64,000 bases of DNA, from assembly GCF_006345805.1 (NCBI RefSeq), contig NC_042997.1:131564001-131628000 (forward strand), written 5' to 3'. The DNA is from Octopus sinensis (Eukaryota). Each line of letters opens with the position of its first letter. Position 1 is the stretch's first letter. Below, piece after piece: positions 22,143-35,658 of this stretch. Position numbers and translations under genes: made by a program. The notes beneath the pieces were generated by a model. That model was given only the letters and a program-made list of their open reading frames with translations, was not told where the DNA came from and did no database searches.

Positions 22143-22480
22143 ATATAGTAGTGGAAGCTATCAACTACTTGTAGTTTCTTCCTCTGGAGTGTGATGGAAT
22201 CTATTTCTGAGCTTCTGTGGTGTTTATTGCCCCTGTGCATCTGTCGCACATGAAAGCTGTCTTCCTTTGATTTTGCTGCACCTCTTATGTGTCCATAGGT
22301 TACACTGGGTACGTCTTATGGAATTTCTACGTACACCTTTTCTACAGATCGAGCAGGGCCACCTACTTGAGGGTGTGTGTGATGTGTTCGCCTTCCTACT
22401 TACTAGAACTTTGGTCTTTGCTACATTGACTCTAAGGCCTTTTGATTCTAAACCTTGCTTCCACACCCGAAATTTCTTAT
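22143..22480 (-). pseudogene. RTE ORF2 fragment (end of RT domain plus Cys/His-rich insertion)
   Basis: WKQGLESKGLRVNVAKTKVLV..WPCSICRKGV..NSI...CNLWTHKRCS..F.CDRC..LQVVDSFHY. Confidence 0.88.
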
Positions 22481-22687
22481 GTTAGAATAAACTTTCTCAA
22501 AGTGGCATGCAGTGTGACTGAACCAGAAACTTTGCAATGTTCTTAACAACCATACATCCATACATGTGACTCTCTTTTTATTAAAAATCTAACTCCTGAA
22601 AAATTAACTTTTGTGGTAAAAGGTTGTCCCACTTTACTCTGCAAAGAGTATAAAGTCAGTTACCTACTTTCTCTGGTGTATATATTC

Positions 22688-22855
22688 CTTACTGGCTGGG
22701 ATGCCAGTCCATTGCAAGATTACTGAATTTTACCAGGTGAGTGGACAGAGCAGCGTGAAATGAAGTGTTTTGCTCAAGAACACAATGCATCTCTTGGTCC
22801 AGGAATTGAAACCACAATCTTGTGATCACCCTAACCACTAAGCCATGCACTTCTA
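22688..22855 (-). mobile_element. SINE family C (diverged)
   Basis: Reverse complement of the C head and body (GTGAAATGAAGTGTTTTGCTCAAGAACAC). Confidence 0.8.
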
Positions 22856-23399
22856 CAAAACACATTAATTTTATGTTCTTGTATAATTTACAAATGCATC
22901 ATTTGTGGTTAGTTTAATTGATAGTGAGTGCAAGAAAGATAAATTCATGTACACTCAAAAATATATTCAACTTATATATCTTAATTTAAGAGTAAGTCTA
23001 CTGTGTCCCAGCATATTGTAATAAGTGATTTGACTACAGGGGTCAGCAGTAGAGTTAGGTGATGATCATTAATTCTTGTGCCAATGTGGAATTTCAATAA
23101 ATTATGATAAAGAATTCTCATTAATTGTTCATACAAGTTTGATTATCAGACAATAACTACTAAAAGTACGAATACAATGTGGGTTATGAATAAATAAACA
23201 AGTAAACTCACATCTGTATGTATTTAGTCTCCAATGATATTAATCCCATGAGGGCCTTTTCAGCAGCTTAGGATATGGATCAAATTGACCAATTCTATTG
23301 TTGCTCAACAGTTGATGAGAATTTACTCACCTCTTCCTCCCAAAGGTTACCAATTGGATGATAGAATGCGAGCTTGTGTATTTATTTATTCATAATATA

Positions 23400-23760
23400 T
23401 GGCTACATAAGTAAATGCTTCAAATTTAATCATAAGGCCAGTGGGAATGGTTGGTTGATATTATCAATCGCAGTACTTGACTGATGCTTTATTTCATCAA
23501 CCTCCAGTATTTGTCTGGTATCATATTTTTATCAATACTAATACTATATTTTATCAATCCCAGTACTTCACTTGTACTTCATTTTATTTACCTCAGCACC
23601 TCATTGGTACTTTGTTTTATCAATCCCAAAAAGATGAAAGAAAGGCAAAGTTAACCCTTACTTGATTTGAATCCAGGACATAAAGACCGGGAATAAATAA
23701 TAAAAAACATTTTTTTCCAACGTTCTAATGGTTCTGGCAATTCACCATCCTTGCTACATT
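23400..23760 (-). mobile_element. Old SINE M-related copy with ~4 internal tandem copies of a ~33-bp core segment
   Basis: ATCAATCCCAGTACTT.AC..GTACT..ATTTT repeated over 23463-23628, then AAAGATGAAAG..AAGGCAAAGTTAAC. Confidence 0.6.
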
Positions 23761-24180
23761 CATAATTAAAATTTTGTTTGACTGTCTCCCTTCTAAGCTA
23801 AGCATAGACAAGACCGACACTAGCCACAACCCATGCGAGGTTATAAATACCAGTAGTAATCAATGCAATTACAGATGTTGCTATCACAGGCATGCAGTGA
23901 GTTTATCATTCAAGACTTAGGGGATCAGTGCTAGTGAGTCAATTTAGTGCTTTTCTCATACTACGGTTGATAAACAGTGTGTGTGATGATAGATATTTAC
24001 TCCAGTGGAGACTCAGGCCATTTGTTGACAGATGGTTTTTGTATTTAGATTTTCTTTTTCATGCTTTTTGCAGAATTAAGCATTGGAATTTGTAGAGTAA
24101 AGGTGTAACTATCTCCTGCTTCTATCAGTAATCTCTGTATAATCTCTCTCTCTCTCTCTCTCTACATATGTGTATGTATA

Positions 24181-24239
<59 letters not shown>

Positions 24240-24484
24240 TATAGAGAGAGAGAGAGAGATCAAGTTAATGGGTACATACTTATAAGGTTAAAAATGTACA
24301 ACTATGTTAGTTCTCAAATTCTCCCCACCCCTTATATTATTTAGAATTAATTCTTCATTTCTTATTTCAAGTTAAAATATCTTAAAACTACATCACTAGT
24401 TTCAAGTTACTTTGTTAATAAAATAATAAAAATTTACCTTAAATAGGATGTTATGATTTATTGTATTGTTATTATTTTTATTAT

Positions 24485-24686
24485 TAAGGTAGCAAGCTGG
24501 CAGAATCGTTAGCGTGGTATTTTGACCGTCGCTACATTCTGAGTTCAAATTCTGCTGAGGTTGACTTCACCTTTCATCCTTTCGGGATTGATAAATCAAG
24601 TACCAGTTGAATACCTGGGTTGATGTGATTGACTGTCCCCCTCCCCACAAAATCCAGGCCTTGTGCCTATAGTAAAAAGGATTAAT
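24485..24686 (+). mobile_element. SINE M, subfamily with CCCCTCCCC..AGGCCTTGTGCCTATAGTA tail
   Basis: M head and core with an alternative tail followed by ATT-rich sequence. Confidence 0.85.
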
Positions 24687-24719
24687 ATCATTATTGTTAT
24701 CTTCTAGATGTATGCATAT

Positions 24720-25114
24720 CAGGGACTTGCTGCATAGGTAGGCAGTGCCTACCTTGAATAAAATAGATGAATTGCAATGTTTTCCTTTTATGGCAAAATA
24801 TGTACCCAAATCAAAACTATGAACGTAACTCTGATTACTATGCATAAAATACAAAATATTTTATTTTTTTGTAGATTAGGTAGGCATAATTTGCCCCTGC
24901 TTTTCAATCTCAGTTTTTAAACTACGTATAATACTGCTGTGGTACACAAGCTGCGTACACTCCTACAACACCGTTTTCTTTATATGCTATAAAGGCAGAA
25001 GTAAAACTCCCTTCAACTCAGTCATGCGCCTGTATTTCACTTATTTTTTTTGTGTTTTACTACATAAAGGTCACCAACTGTCTACCCTGAGTAATTACTG
25101 ACAGCACGTGTCTG
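24720..25114. mobile_element. hAT-type MITE with exact 8-bp TSD ATGCATAT
   Basis: Termini CAGGGACTTGC / GCACGTGTCTG. TSD at 24712-24719 and 25115-25122. Reverse-complement homologue of 50633-51001. Confidence 0.85.
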
Positions 25115-25690
25115 ATGCATATATATTTTTATTGTCTAAATGAATGAATTAACAGATAAAACATTACACTCACTCTAAATCATATGTCTTATAATCTGTC
25201 ATCATTATTAAGATGAGAAGTCAATCAGTGTATTGTTACTCTACCAGTGTACTAATCTGTTAATCTTCTAGCAATATTTATAACTACATCCAGTCATGTG
25301 TGAAAGCTAATGGATTGTTTGGTGACAGTCTTCAAGGATGAGTTTATAAATTTTACCCTTCATTTTTTGGTGTTTGGTCTGCTTCTTTTGTTGTTACACA
25401 TGTGGTTTGTTGATATATATAGTCTTTTACCAGTTCTAATCATTTGGATGTGGCCATACAGGAGCACCACCATGTTTATAAAGTTTTCCAGTTCATCTCA
25501 CAATTCCAAGTTTTGAAAGTCAATGCAGTAGTGTAAATAGTGAGTTACCAAGTGTATATAGCAATTATTCTGTCACATCTGTAAATTTCAATAAGTTAAA
25601 ATGCTGTAGGGTGATGATGAGACTAAGGACCTTCAGAGAAAAGAAATTATCTTAAAGTTTATGCTGACATTGAGATTAGATGTTTGAAGA

Positions 25691-26076
25691 AGGCGCAGGA
25701 GTGGCTGTGTGGTAAGTAGCTTGCTTACCAACCACATGGTTCTGGGTTCAGTCCCACTGCATGGCACCTTGGGCAAAGTGTCTTCTACTATAGCCTCGGG
25801 TCGATCAAAGCCTTGTGAGTGGATTTGGTAGATGGAAACTGAAAAAAACCTGTCGTATATATTTGTGTGTCTGTGTTTGTCCCCCCACCATCGCTTAACA
25901 ACTGATGCTGGTGTGTTTACATCGCCGTAACTTAGACGTTTGGCAAAAGAGACCGATAGAATAAGTACTAGGCTTACAAAGAATAAGTCCTGGGGTCGAT
26001 TTGCTCGACAAAAAAAGCGGTGCTCCAGCATGGCTGCAGTCAAATGACTGAAACAAGTAAAAGAGTAAAGAGTAAG
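25691..26076 (+). mobile_element. SINE family B, full length
   Basis: Consensus head to tail. Confidence 0.92.
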
Positions 26077-26667
26077 AAAGAGATAGGATGGGAAAAGTAA
26101 GAGGAAGCAAACAATCTTATCCAAATTTGTTAAATTTACTAAATGATTTTTCCAATGTGAGCTGCCATTAGTTTCCTCAGACCTTGGTCATCTGAGAATC
26201 CAATGAAAGGATCACCTGTCACTGGAAAGCAAATTATTCTTAATTCACCAAAGCTAGAAACCTATGCTATCTAGCAGTCTGCTTAGCTGAAATTTAATTA
26301 TCATGGGAAAGGTATTCAGAAGTCAGACGTCAAAGTATCTGGAAGATGATGAGACAGAAGGCACATATTTTGAGATCAAAAACTAGAAAGGCTCTCCCAC
26401 TGGGGAAGATAAAAACATTTTTGTAAAGATGAAAACATTTCCAAATTAGTTTTCCAATGACTGAAACAGATTAAGGGACAGATAGGGAGCCCTCTTTATT
26501 TTTACTTACCATTTACCAGTTTCTATTTATTTTCTATTTCTAGTATTTTTTTGTTTGCTTACCATTTCTAGTATGTTTTTCTTTCCTTTTTCTAATATTT
26601 TGTTTAAATAATCTTTAACTTAATCAATTAATAATCATTTCAAATTTCCAATTGTATTTAAGCTGTT

Positions 26668-27050
26668 ATCTTTTACACATTTCAGTCATTGGACCGTAGC
26701 TCTGTTGGAACAATACTTTAAAGAGTTTAGTCTAACAAATCAAGTGTAGTACTTATCTTAAATCTGATGGTTAATCTATCTCTTTTGCCAAACCGCTATG
26801 TCATGGGGGATGTAAACAAACCAGCAGCAGTTGTCAAGTGGGGTGATGTACAAACACACACATTCATGCTCGCTTGTACACACACATGCACACAGGCTTC
26901 CACACAGTTTCAGTCTACCAAATACATTCACAAGACAGTGGTTGACCCAGGGCTATAGTAGAAGACACTTGTACAAGATGCTGTGCAATGGGACTGAATC
27001 CAAAATATGTGGTTGCAAAGCAAGTTTCATACCCACACAGCCATGTCTGC
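26668..27050 (-). mobile_element. SINE family B (diverged)
   Basis: Reverse complement of the B consensus. Confidence 0.82.
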
Positions 27051-27162
27051 AGCTGATGCAGATTTTCTTAATTTAAAATCAACTTTTTTAATTGCTGTAA
27101 TTACACTAGGAAATTCGTAAAGCAACTGGTAAAATACCTCATGATATTACATCCCTTTCAAT

Positions 27163-27394
27163 AAGGTGGCGAGCTGGCAGAATTGGTAGCATGCTGGACA
27201 AAATGCTTAGCGGTATTCCATCTGCTGTTACATTCTAAGTTCAAATTCCACCAAGGTCGACTTTGCCCTTCATCCTTTCGGGGCCAATTAAATAAGTACC
27301 AGTTACACACTAGGGTCAATGTGATCAACTTAATCCCTTTGTCTGTCCTTGTTTGTCCCCTCTACGTTTAGCTTCCTGTGGGCAATAAAGAAAT
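27163..27394 (+). mobile_element. SINE family M with ~20-bp TSD
   Basis: GATATTACATCCCTTTCAAT (27143-27162) versus GATATTACATCCACTTCAAT (27396-27415). Confidence 0.9.
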
Positions 27395-28080
27395 GGATAT
27401 TACATCCACTTCAATGTTCCCTCTACGTTTTCCCTACCACTGAGCAGAACTTATGATGTTTGATTAAAAATTCAAAGCTACTACACATCATTCAAACATT
27501 GACGCAGCTTATCGAACATACATATTTGCAAACTAAACTGATACCATTTTAAGGTGCCTGACACCAATGCAGTGATTGCATGGCTCCACATCCATGCAGC
27601 TTGGAGGGAATGTTAGTCTCTTTACATCCTCAGTTCAATTACAGTCAAAAGTCAACTTCGACTCTCATGCATCTAAGGTCAATGAAGTAAAGTAAGAGGT
27701 TAAATAGATGGTATATTGTAATCGACTATACTTCTCTGAAATGTGTAACCTTGTGCTCTGTGAAGAATCAATAACTTATTCAATTCTCATAACATGTCAC
27801 ATCTGAACAGATATTGTTTACTATTCTCTAAAATGTAAGTTGACAAGTGTTAAATACAATATATCTTAAAATCTACAAGCATATTGAATCACTATTTATC
27901 ATGTCAATGCCAGCAGGAAAACATGGACTGGAAGGGAACCAAGTAGGAGAAGGTTTGCCCAGAGTAAACTTTTCTGAAGGGACACAAAGATCAATTGTAC
28001 CAGAGTGATTTTGAAATGTAGCTTGTATTCACTTTTCAGTTGTGGAAAGTATTTGGCATGTCATGTTTCTACTAATGGAA

Positions 28081-28477
28081 CTAGCAGTATCACCTGACGT
28101 TTCTCAGGTTTGTTTGTGTTTTTTCGACCCTTTAGAATTGTAATTTTTGAAAAGTAAAAATTTTGCATTATGTAGCTTGTTATTCTCTTTATGTGAACAT
28201 TTTTCTGGTTGAAATACATCGAAAAATGGCGACACAGCAGTCAAAAAATCGTAAAAAATAGGGATTTTCATAGAAAAAAGCACCTTTTTAATGTAAATAA
28301 TTTTTAGTGTTAACATGGTCCAATTTGAATTTTTTCTTCTATGGAATGAAAAGAAGCCTTCTTCTATCATACTCTCAATTTTGGTCAACTTGCGCCGCAG
28401 GGTCTCGGAGGAGATAGTGTTAGTTGAAGGCTGCCAAACCTACCAAATACAGACAACTTCAGCTTTATATATAAAGA
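28081..28477 (-). mobile_element. Non-autonomous Helitron, copy 1
   Basis: On the minus strand: A|TC 5' end, CTAG|T 3' end with degenerate subterminal hairpin. Homologous to 35659 and 39662. Confidence 0.88.
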
Positions 28478-28644
28478 TTAGATTTTCAGGATTTTACCAT
28501 CATTTCTTCTGTTTTTAATCATCTGAACCTTTATTTCACACGAATAAGTTTTAGATGTCTATTTAGTTCCTAGCAGACATAGACACTCAAATTTCCTATC
28601 CTTTGACCTGGTGGAACATACATGACATGACAGATAAGAGAGTG

Positions 28645-28808
28645 AGAGAGCTGTACCAGCATTTGGACAGTACTCAATTTTCAGCTGAGTAGACTGGAGC
28701 AATGTAAAATAAGGTGCCTTGCTCAAGGACATAATGTACCACCTGATCCAGGAATTGAACCCATACAGTTATTATTGTGAGTCCAGAACCTTAACCACTA
28801 AGTCATGC
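28645..28808 (-). mobile_element. SINE family C (diverged, partial)
   Basis: CAGCTGAGTAGACTGGAGCAATGT..TTGCTCAAGGAC..TTAACCACTAAGTCATGC. Confidence 0.75.
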
Positions 28809-28859
28809 TGATTATAAAATTCAGCTTATAACCAAAGGCATACAAAATTCGATTTTAAC

Positions 28860-29215
28860 TTATTCTCTTATTTGTTTGTCATTTGAGTGTGGCCATACTG
28901 GAGCACTGCCTATTAGTTGAACAAATCAACCCCAGTACTTATTCTTTGTAAGACTAGTACTTATTCTATTGTTTTTTTTTTTTTGCCAAACTTCTAAGTT
29001 ACAGGGACGTAAACACACCAACATCAGTTGTCAAGTGATGCTGGGGATGGGGGTGGACACAGACATATACATACAGCAAAAATGACTAATGGAATAAGTA
29101 CCAGACTTCAAAAATTAAATAAATAAATAAATAAGTACTAGAGCACTAGGATCAAATTGTTTGACTAAACCCTTAAAACCTTCATGGCTGTAGTTCAATA
29201 AGTGAAACAAGTTAA
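28860..29215. mobile_element. Two divergent SINE B 3' fragments (minus 28860-29060, plus 29065-29215)
   Basis: B tail motifs present in both orientations. Confidence 0.65.
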
Positions 29216-30454
29216 AAATAAAAGACAAGTCATTATAATTTTATAGCTTTTTTTGTTGTTGCTTTTTTGTTTGTTTGTTTGTTTGTTTGTTTTTGGGTAA
29301 GGAGCGTTGAAAGGTAATTTCAGATTGTGTTTAGTCAGCCTTTTCTCGGATGCCGCTTATCAAAATCCAACAACATATGTAAATGTAGCCCCAAGCTACC
29401 TTACTTCTAAAAGCATATTCTCTACACATTTGTATGTGTACTATACTCACACACATGCACTAGTACATAAATACAAATATACATTACATACTCTCACAAC
29501 ACATTCTCTCTCACTTACACACACACACACACACTATATATATATATATATATATATATAATTATTTAAACTGACTCTACATTAACAACAACAACAACAT
29601 AATTATAACACAAATAGAGACCGTTTTATTGCTAACCTCTGCAAGAGATAGTTTTCAACACCTGCAATAGATCTTGTATATAGGTTAAACATCAAACCGC
29701 CCAAATTACTGACTTACAAAGACTTCCAGATCATTTTACTGATGTGGAGATATCAAACTATAAGCTCCATTTCATTTGCTGCCGATTTCATGATCTTTGA
29801 ATTAATGGAAACCAAATTGAACTGTTTATGCCACTGATAGGCTTACGTATCCTCAGCAATTTCTCCCAGAAAATCTGTGTGTCTGTATGTATACCTGTTT
29901 GTTTGTTGATGTGCATTTCATTTTGTAGACTTATCTGTGGATGTTTTTTATGCATTTTATGTATGCTTAGATTTATGCAAATATATGTGTGTGCATGTTT
30001 GTTTGTTGGTATCTGTATTCATTTTGTATATACGTTTGTGTGGATGTCTAAATGCATTTTATGTATACATAGATTTATGTAACTGTGTTTGTGCATTTTG
30101 TTGATGGGTATGACATTTTGTACACTTCTTTGTGTTTAATATAATGTATTTATGTTGTATTTGTGAGTGTATATGTTTCTCTGCTGGCGTGTAATTTTAT
30201 ATACATATTTGTTAGCGTACATATTTATCTGTATATAAACTTGTATGCATGTTTGTACATATGTCTATTTGTGAGTACAGGTACAAATATTTTTACTTGT
30301 ACAATGTATAGCTTTATAGAAATGCATGATTGTGTATAGGCCTTTGGGTGTGTAAGCATTGCGTTCATATATATGTGTGCATCTTTGTTTTTATTAATGA
30401 ATGTGTGTGTGTGAGAGAGTAAATTTGGATGTATAAATACAAAAGTACAAGTAC

Positions 30455-30818
30455 ATTGAGTCAAGTACATCAACATTAAAATAAAAATCAAATGGAAATT
30501 GTAGTTGTGTTACCTGTGCCGGTGGCATGTAAAAGGCACCATCCGAACGTGGCCGATGCCAGTGCCACCTTGACTGGCTTCCATGCCGGTGGCACATAAA
30601 AAGCATCAACTGATCGTAGCCGTTTGCCAGCCTCCCCTGGCACGTAAAAAGCACCCACTACACTCATGGAGTGGTTGGCGTTAGGAAGGGCATCCAGGTG
30701 TAGAAACACTGCCAGATCAGACTGGAGCCTGGTGCAGCCTCCTGACTTCCCAGACCCTGGTTGAACCGTCCAACCCATGCTAGCATGGAAAACGGACGTT
30801 AAATGATGATGATGATGA
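30455..30818 (+). mobile_element. RTE 3'-end element R1 (long copy)
   Basis: Same structure as the copy at 805, with (GAT)n tail. Confidence 0.9.
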
Positions 30819-31119
30819 AATGCATTCAATCATTTTCTGTAAATGAAAGAAAGAGCAATGCCCTTAATGTTGCACAATATCTATAGATATTTTGGTAGCT
30901 TGTGCTTTTAAGTTCAAATAACATCCACATCAACTTTCTTCTTTATCATTTCATTGTCCATTCAGTAAATAAATACCACTTTCAGTGACGATGGGTCATG
31001 GTTAAATACTCGCTCTTTCAAGGAATGAAACAATGTTAAGAGGAAAGGACTTGGTAGTGATTGTAGAATGCTAGAATGAATGTTTTGCGACATTCATGGT
31101 TCTAATTTCAAATTATTCT

Positions 31120-31538
31120 ATCTTTTATTTTCTACATGTTTCAGTCATTATAGACTGCAGCCAAGCTGTGGCACTGCCTTGAAGGATTTTAGTTGCACAA
31201 ATTGATCCCAGTACCTTTTTCCTTTAAAGCCTGGTAGTTATACTATCAGCCTGTTTTTGCTGAATCTCTAGGGTACAGGGGCGTAAACACACCAACATCA
31301 GTTGTCAAAGTGGTGATGGATGACAAACACAGACACAAAACACACACACACATATTTGTATACATACATGCATATGCACACAATGGGCTTCTTTCAGTTT
31401 CCATCTACTAAATCCACTCACAAGGCTTTGGTTGGCCCAAAGCTATAGTAGAAGACACTTGCCCAAGGTGCCACAAAGTAGGAGTGAACCTGGAACCACG
31501 TGGTTGGGAAGCAAACTTTACAACACAGCCATGCCTGC
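31120..31538 (-). mobile_element. SINE family B
   Basis: Reverse complement of the B consensus. Confidence 0.85.
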
Positions 31539-31756
31539 TTCCCATATACCTTTCATCTCCTGGGATCAATAAAATAAGATACCAATCTAATGTTGGGGTT
31601 TGGTATAATTGACTATATCCCAGCCCCATCACCACCACAATCAAATTTGAGGCTTTGTGGCTATATTAGAAATCCTTATTATTACTGTATCCTGGTGAGT
31701 GAATGGCAGAAACAGTAGACCAGTGGATTAAATATCTTGTGGCTATTAATTACATT

Positions 31757-32010
31757 GTGGAGGTGCGTGGCTTAGTGGTTAGGGTGTCAGCATCATGATC
31801 GTAAGATTGTGGTTTCGATTCCTGGACCGGGCGACACATTGTGTTCTTGAGCAAAACACTTCATTTCACGTTGCTCCAGTCCACTCAGCTGGCAAAAGTG
31901 AGTAACGCTGCGATGGACTGGCGTCCCGTCCATCTGGGCAACACATACGCTATAGAAACTGGGAAACCGTGCCCATGAGCCTGGTTAGGCTTTAAAAGGG
32001 CGCATTTATT
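31757..32010 (+). mobile_element. SINE head C plus tail X, young copy
   Basis: Very similar to the copy at 20574. Confidence 0.92.
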
Positions 32011-32040
32011 ATTAATTTTATTAATTAGATACTGATGCCT

Positions 32041-32418
32041 TTTATCTGTTACTTGTTTCAGTCATTAGACTGTGGCCATGCTGGGGTACGGCCTTGAAGA
32101 ATCTTCATCAAATAAACTGACCCCAGTACTTTTGTTTTTTGTCTTTGAATGCCTGGTATTATTGGTCATTTTTGCTGAATTACCAAGTAACAGGGACATA
32201 AATACACCAACAGCAGTTGTCAAGTGGTGGTGGTAGACAAACACAGATACACACACACACATGGTGGGATCTTTCAGTTTGTGTCTACCAAATCTATTCA
32301 CAAAACTCAGGTTGGCCTGAGGCTATAGTAAAAGACACTTGCCCAAGATACCATGCAGTGGGACTGAACCTGGAACCATGTAGTTTTGAAGCAAACATCT
32401 TACCACACAGCCATGCCT
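32041..32418 (-). mobile_element. SINE family B
   Basis: Reverse complement of the B consensus. Confidence 0.85.
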
Positions 32419-32504
32419 AATTTTCCAATTAAAACCTTGCAGGAGTCAAATTTACCTTTCGCTCATTAGAGTCTGTTGAATTAACTACCAGTAATATACA
32501 GAGT

Positions 32505-32840
32505 GAAGGCGCATGGCTCAGTGGTTAGTGTCGAGCTTATGATCATGAGGTTGTGAGTATGATTCCTGGACTAGGCTGTGTGTTGTGTTCTTCAGCAAGA
32601 CACTTTATTTCACATTGCTCAATGTTAACTCAGCTGTAGAAATGAGTTGCATCATCACTGGTGCCAAGCTGTATTGGCCTTTGTCTTCCCCTTGGATAAC
32701 ATCAGTGGTGTGGAGAGGGGAGGCTAGTATGCATGGGTGACTGCTTGCCTTCCACAAACAACGTTGCCTGGACTTGTGCCTCAGAAGGGTAACTTCCTCG
32801 GTGCAATCCCATGGTCAGACATGACCGAATGGGGTCTCCC
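32505..32840 (+). mobile_element. SINE family E
   Basis: GGCGCATGGCTCAGTGGTTAG head, body as in the copy at 62854. Confidence 0.88.
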
Positions 32841-33170
32841 CAATATGCAGAGTTTGAGTTCATTGACTGATCCTTCAACTTAATACCAAGCACCTTGATA
32901 GAGAAGTCAAGTTAAATCCCATTTACAGGTTTCAATTCCCAGTTGGATCCATTCTGCTTACTGGTGCTTTGGCAAGAATCTTATTATCACAACTTCATGA
33001 TAAGTGGGTAGTATGAAGTCTTAGGTTCATATTTAAAATTTACTGATCTCAGAGTTTGAACTTGGAAAACAATTAACTGCAATTAATATGCTTTGTCATG
33101 TTTGAAAGTAAAATGGTAATATGATCTTTCTTTCTTTTCCTCTCTCTCCCCTCTCTCTCTTTTCCTCTGT

Positions 33171-33476
33171 GTGTGATTGTGTGGTAAGAATTTGCTTCCC
33201 AACTACATGGTTCCAGGTTCAGTCCCCCTGCATGACACCTTTGGCAATTGTCTTCTACTATAGCTTCGGGCTGACCAAAGCCTTGTGAGTAGATTTGGTA
33301 GGTAGAAATATATATGTGTGTGTGTGTGTGTGTCCTACCACTACTTGACAACTAGTGTTGGTTTGTTTATGTCCCCATAACTTAGCTATTTGGAAAAAGA
33401 GAATAAGTACCAAGCTCAAAAAATGTAAGTCCTGGGGTCAATTCATGGCGATAGTCTGATGACTGAAAGAAGTAAA
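33171..33476 (+). mobile_element. SINE family B (internal deletions)
   Basis: Head, CORE-like block and shortened tail. Confidence 0.8.
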
Positions 33477-33785
33477 ACCGTTGTACTACACTTCAACAGT
33501 CTTTGATATCTTGACATCTGAAGCAGCTGGTGATACGATATTTTGATCAAAAGAACCAGCTAATGCAAGCAAAAATAAATATTGAGAAAAAAAAATGCAT
33601 TTTGCTAAATTTGGACATACAACAGTTTAACATAATAGCAACGATATATATACACACACAATCGTTAATAAAGTGACGGGAGTTACTAAAGTGATGGAGG
33701 GTGCTAGTACGCACTGGCATTGCATTTTAGTAATGACTGTACTTGTTGCCTATCAGTTCTAATTTGTGAATAGCCACCTTAATAA

Positions 33786-33820
<35 letters not shown>

Positions 33821-34024
33821 CTTTGCATTAATTTTTCTGTACCAACATTGCTTTCTTTAACCATTTAGAGAGAGAAGGGGTTCTTATATTTCCTTGTAAG
33901 CTTTGTTGTGACTGGTGTAAGGAAGGAAAGAAGTCCTCCTCAAACTGGAGCTTTGCTTGAATATTTTTATGACAGAATGAACTCTGCTAAAGGGAATCAA
34001 GGACCAGGTGGTAGGGTTCTCTTT

Positions 34025-34055
<31 letters not shown>

Positions 34056-34216
34056 TACACATGATGTTTAATCATGCTGTTTGACATACCTCATGGCAAT
34101 CTTTGACTGCCATATGGGTGGAAGGAGGGAGAAGAGTATGAATATGACAAGTGCTGGTAATAAGGAGTTTGAAAAGTTGTAAGTTAGTGTACTACACACA
34201 CACACACACGCACACG

Positions 34217-34249
<33 letters not shown>

Positions 34250-34925
34250 CAGAGAAAGTAGTTGAGCAGGGTAGGTAGAGGGTCCTTCTATGAAAGACCG
34301 AGTTTAATATTTGGAGTGTAGTGCATGTAGTTTAAGTAGAGAAACATGTAAGGCATGTAAGGGTGAGATGAGAACCTCAAGAACAGAGTGCAATGAGTAT
34401 GTTTGTGAAGAAAATAGGAACATCTGGCATTTCTGAAAAGCAGAGTCTGACAGTCTGTTATTATTGTGGCAAAAAGAGAGAGAGAGGTGGTGGAAGGGTA
34501 CATAGTCCAGCTTATATTTGAAGAATTTAACAAGTTTCAAGAGACGTCATTTATTGATTAGATGGTTGGAGTTCTAAATATGATCTTGGAAATCACAAAT
34601 GTCTGTGGTTGGATATACATTAGGACCTTTTAAAGAGTAGGCAGCTGTTCAAAAGTGCATTTGTACACAATGCTTCTATTAGTATATAAGAGTGTGTGCA
34701 TTTATATGCACAATTACATTGTGTGCATATGTATATATGAAGTAAGTACTTTCTTGTGTGCTTGTATGTATATTCATATACAATCCTATTTATATGCATA
34801 TATAAATGTTCATAAGTGCACCAATGTGCAAAAAGTAAATGTGCAAATGTGTTTGTATGCACAATTGTTAAAAGAGTGTATATATTCATGAAAAGTGTGC
34901 GTGTGTGTGTATATATGTTGCCTTA

Positions 34926-35255
34926 CTGGCACTTGTGCTGGTGGCACGTGAAAAAAAATTCAAGCGAGGTCGTTGCCAGTGCCGCTGGACTGGCTCCTGT
35001 GCAGGTGGCATATAAAAAGTACCATTTGAGTGTGACTGTTGCCAGTACTGCCTGACTGGCCCTCGGGCTGGTGGCATGTAAATGCACCCACTACACTCTT
35101 GGAGTAGTTGGCGTTAGGAAGTGCATCCAGCTATAGAAACTCTGCCAGATCAGATTGGAGCCTGGTGCAGCCATCTGGTTTGTCAGACCTCAATCAAATC
35201 GTCCAACCCATGCTAGCATGGAAAGCGGACTTTAAACAGTGATGATGATGATGAT
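34926..35255 (+). mobile_element. RTE 3'-end element R2
   Basis: AAAAAAATTCAAGCGAGGTCGTTGC variant with (GAT)n tail. Close to the copy at 60280. Confidence 0.9.
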
Positions 35256-35658
35256 ATATACCTGAATCAAAGAACTTGGAAAGTATATGTGTATGCACAT
35301 GAATGTGTCAACAGTCCCAGTTTATTAAATATTCTTTAATTCTTCAGTTCATCAGAACACATCTCATCATCTGGAGGAACTCTACCCATCAACATCTGTT
35401 AAGTGTTGGCCTTTGTTTTGAGGATTTGCAGTATTCTCAATGTTAGGCCTGTGGGTTGGTGAGGTTGCTTTTTAGGCACCTTAAGTGAAATTTGTCTCAT
35501 ACTGCAAAGAGCTGGAACAAATATTTCAAGGCATCCAGTCTCACAATCCTGTTGTTCCATCAATCCACTGGCACCCCTCAAATTATGAAAGGTAGTATTG
35601 ACTTTGGTTGGATTTTATCTCAGAATTCATAGAGTAAATATTTGAATATCAGAATAAA

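Noticed and set aside
29684-29870. Unique exon-like stretch after TATAG
   Set aside because: Two frames are open for 38-50 codons but end in stops with no good donor. The frame compatible with the phase-1 15585 exon stops immediately. Minus-strand readings also stop.
35347-35590. Exon-like segment with TTCTTCAG acceptor and AAG|GTAGTA donor
   Set aside because: There are stops in all three frames.
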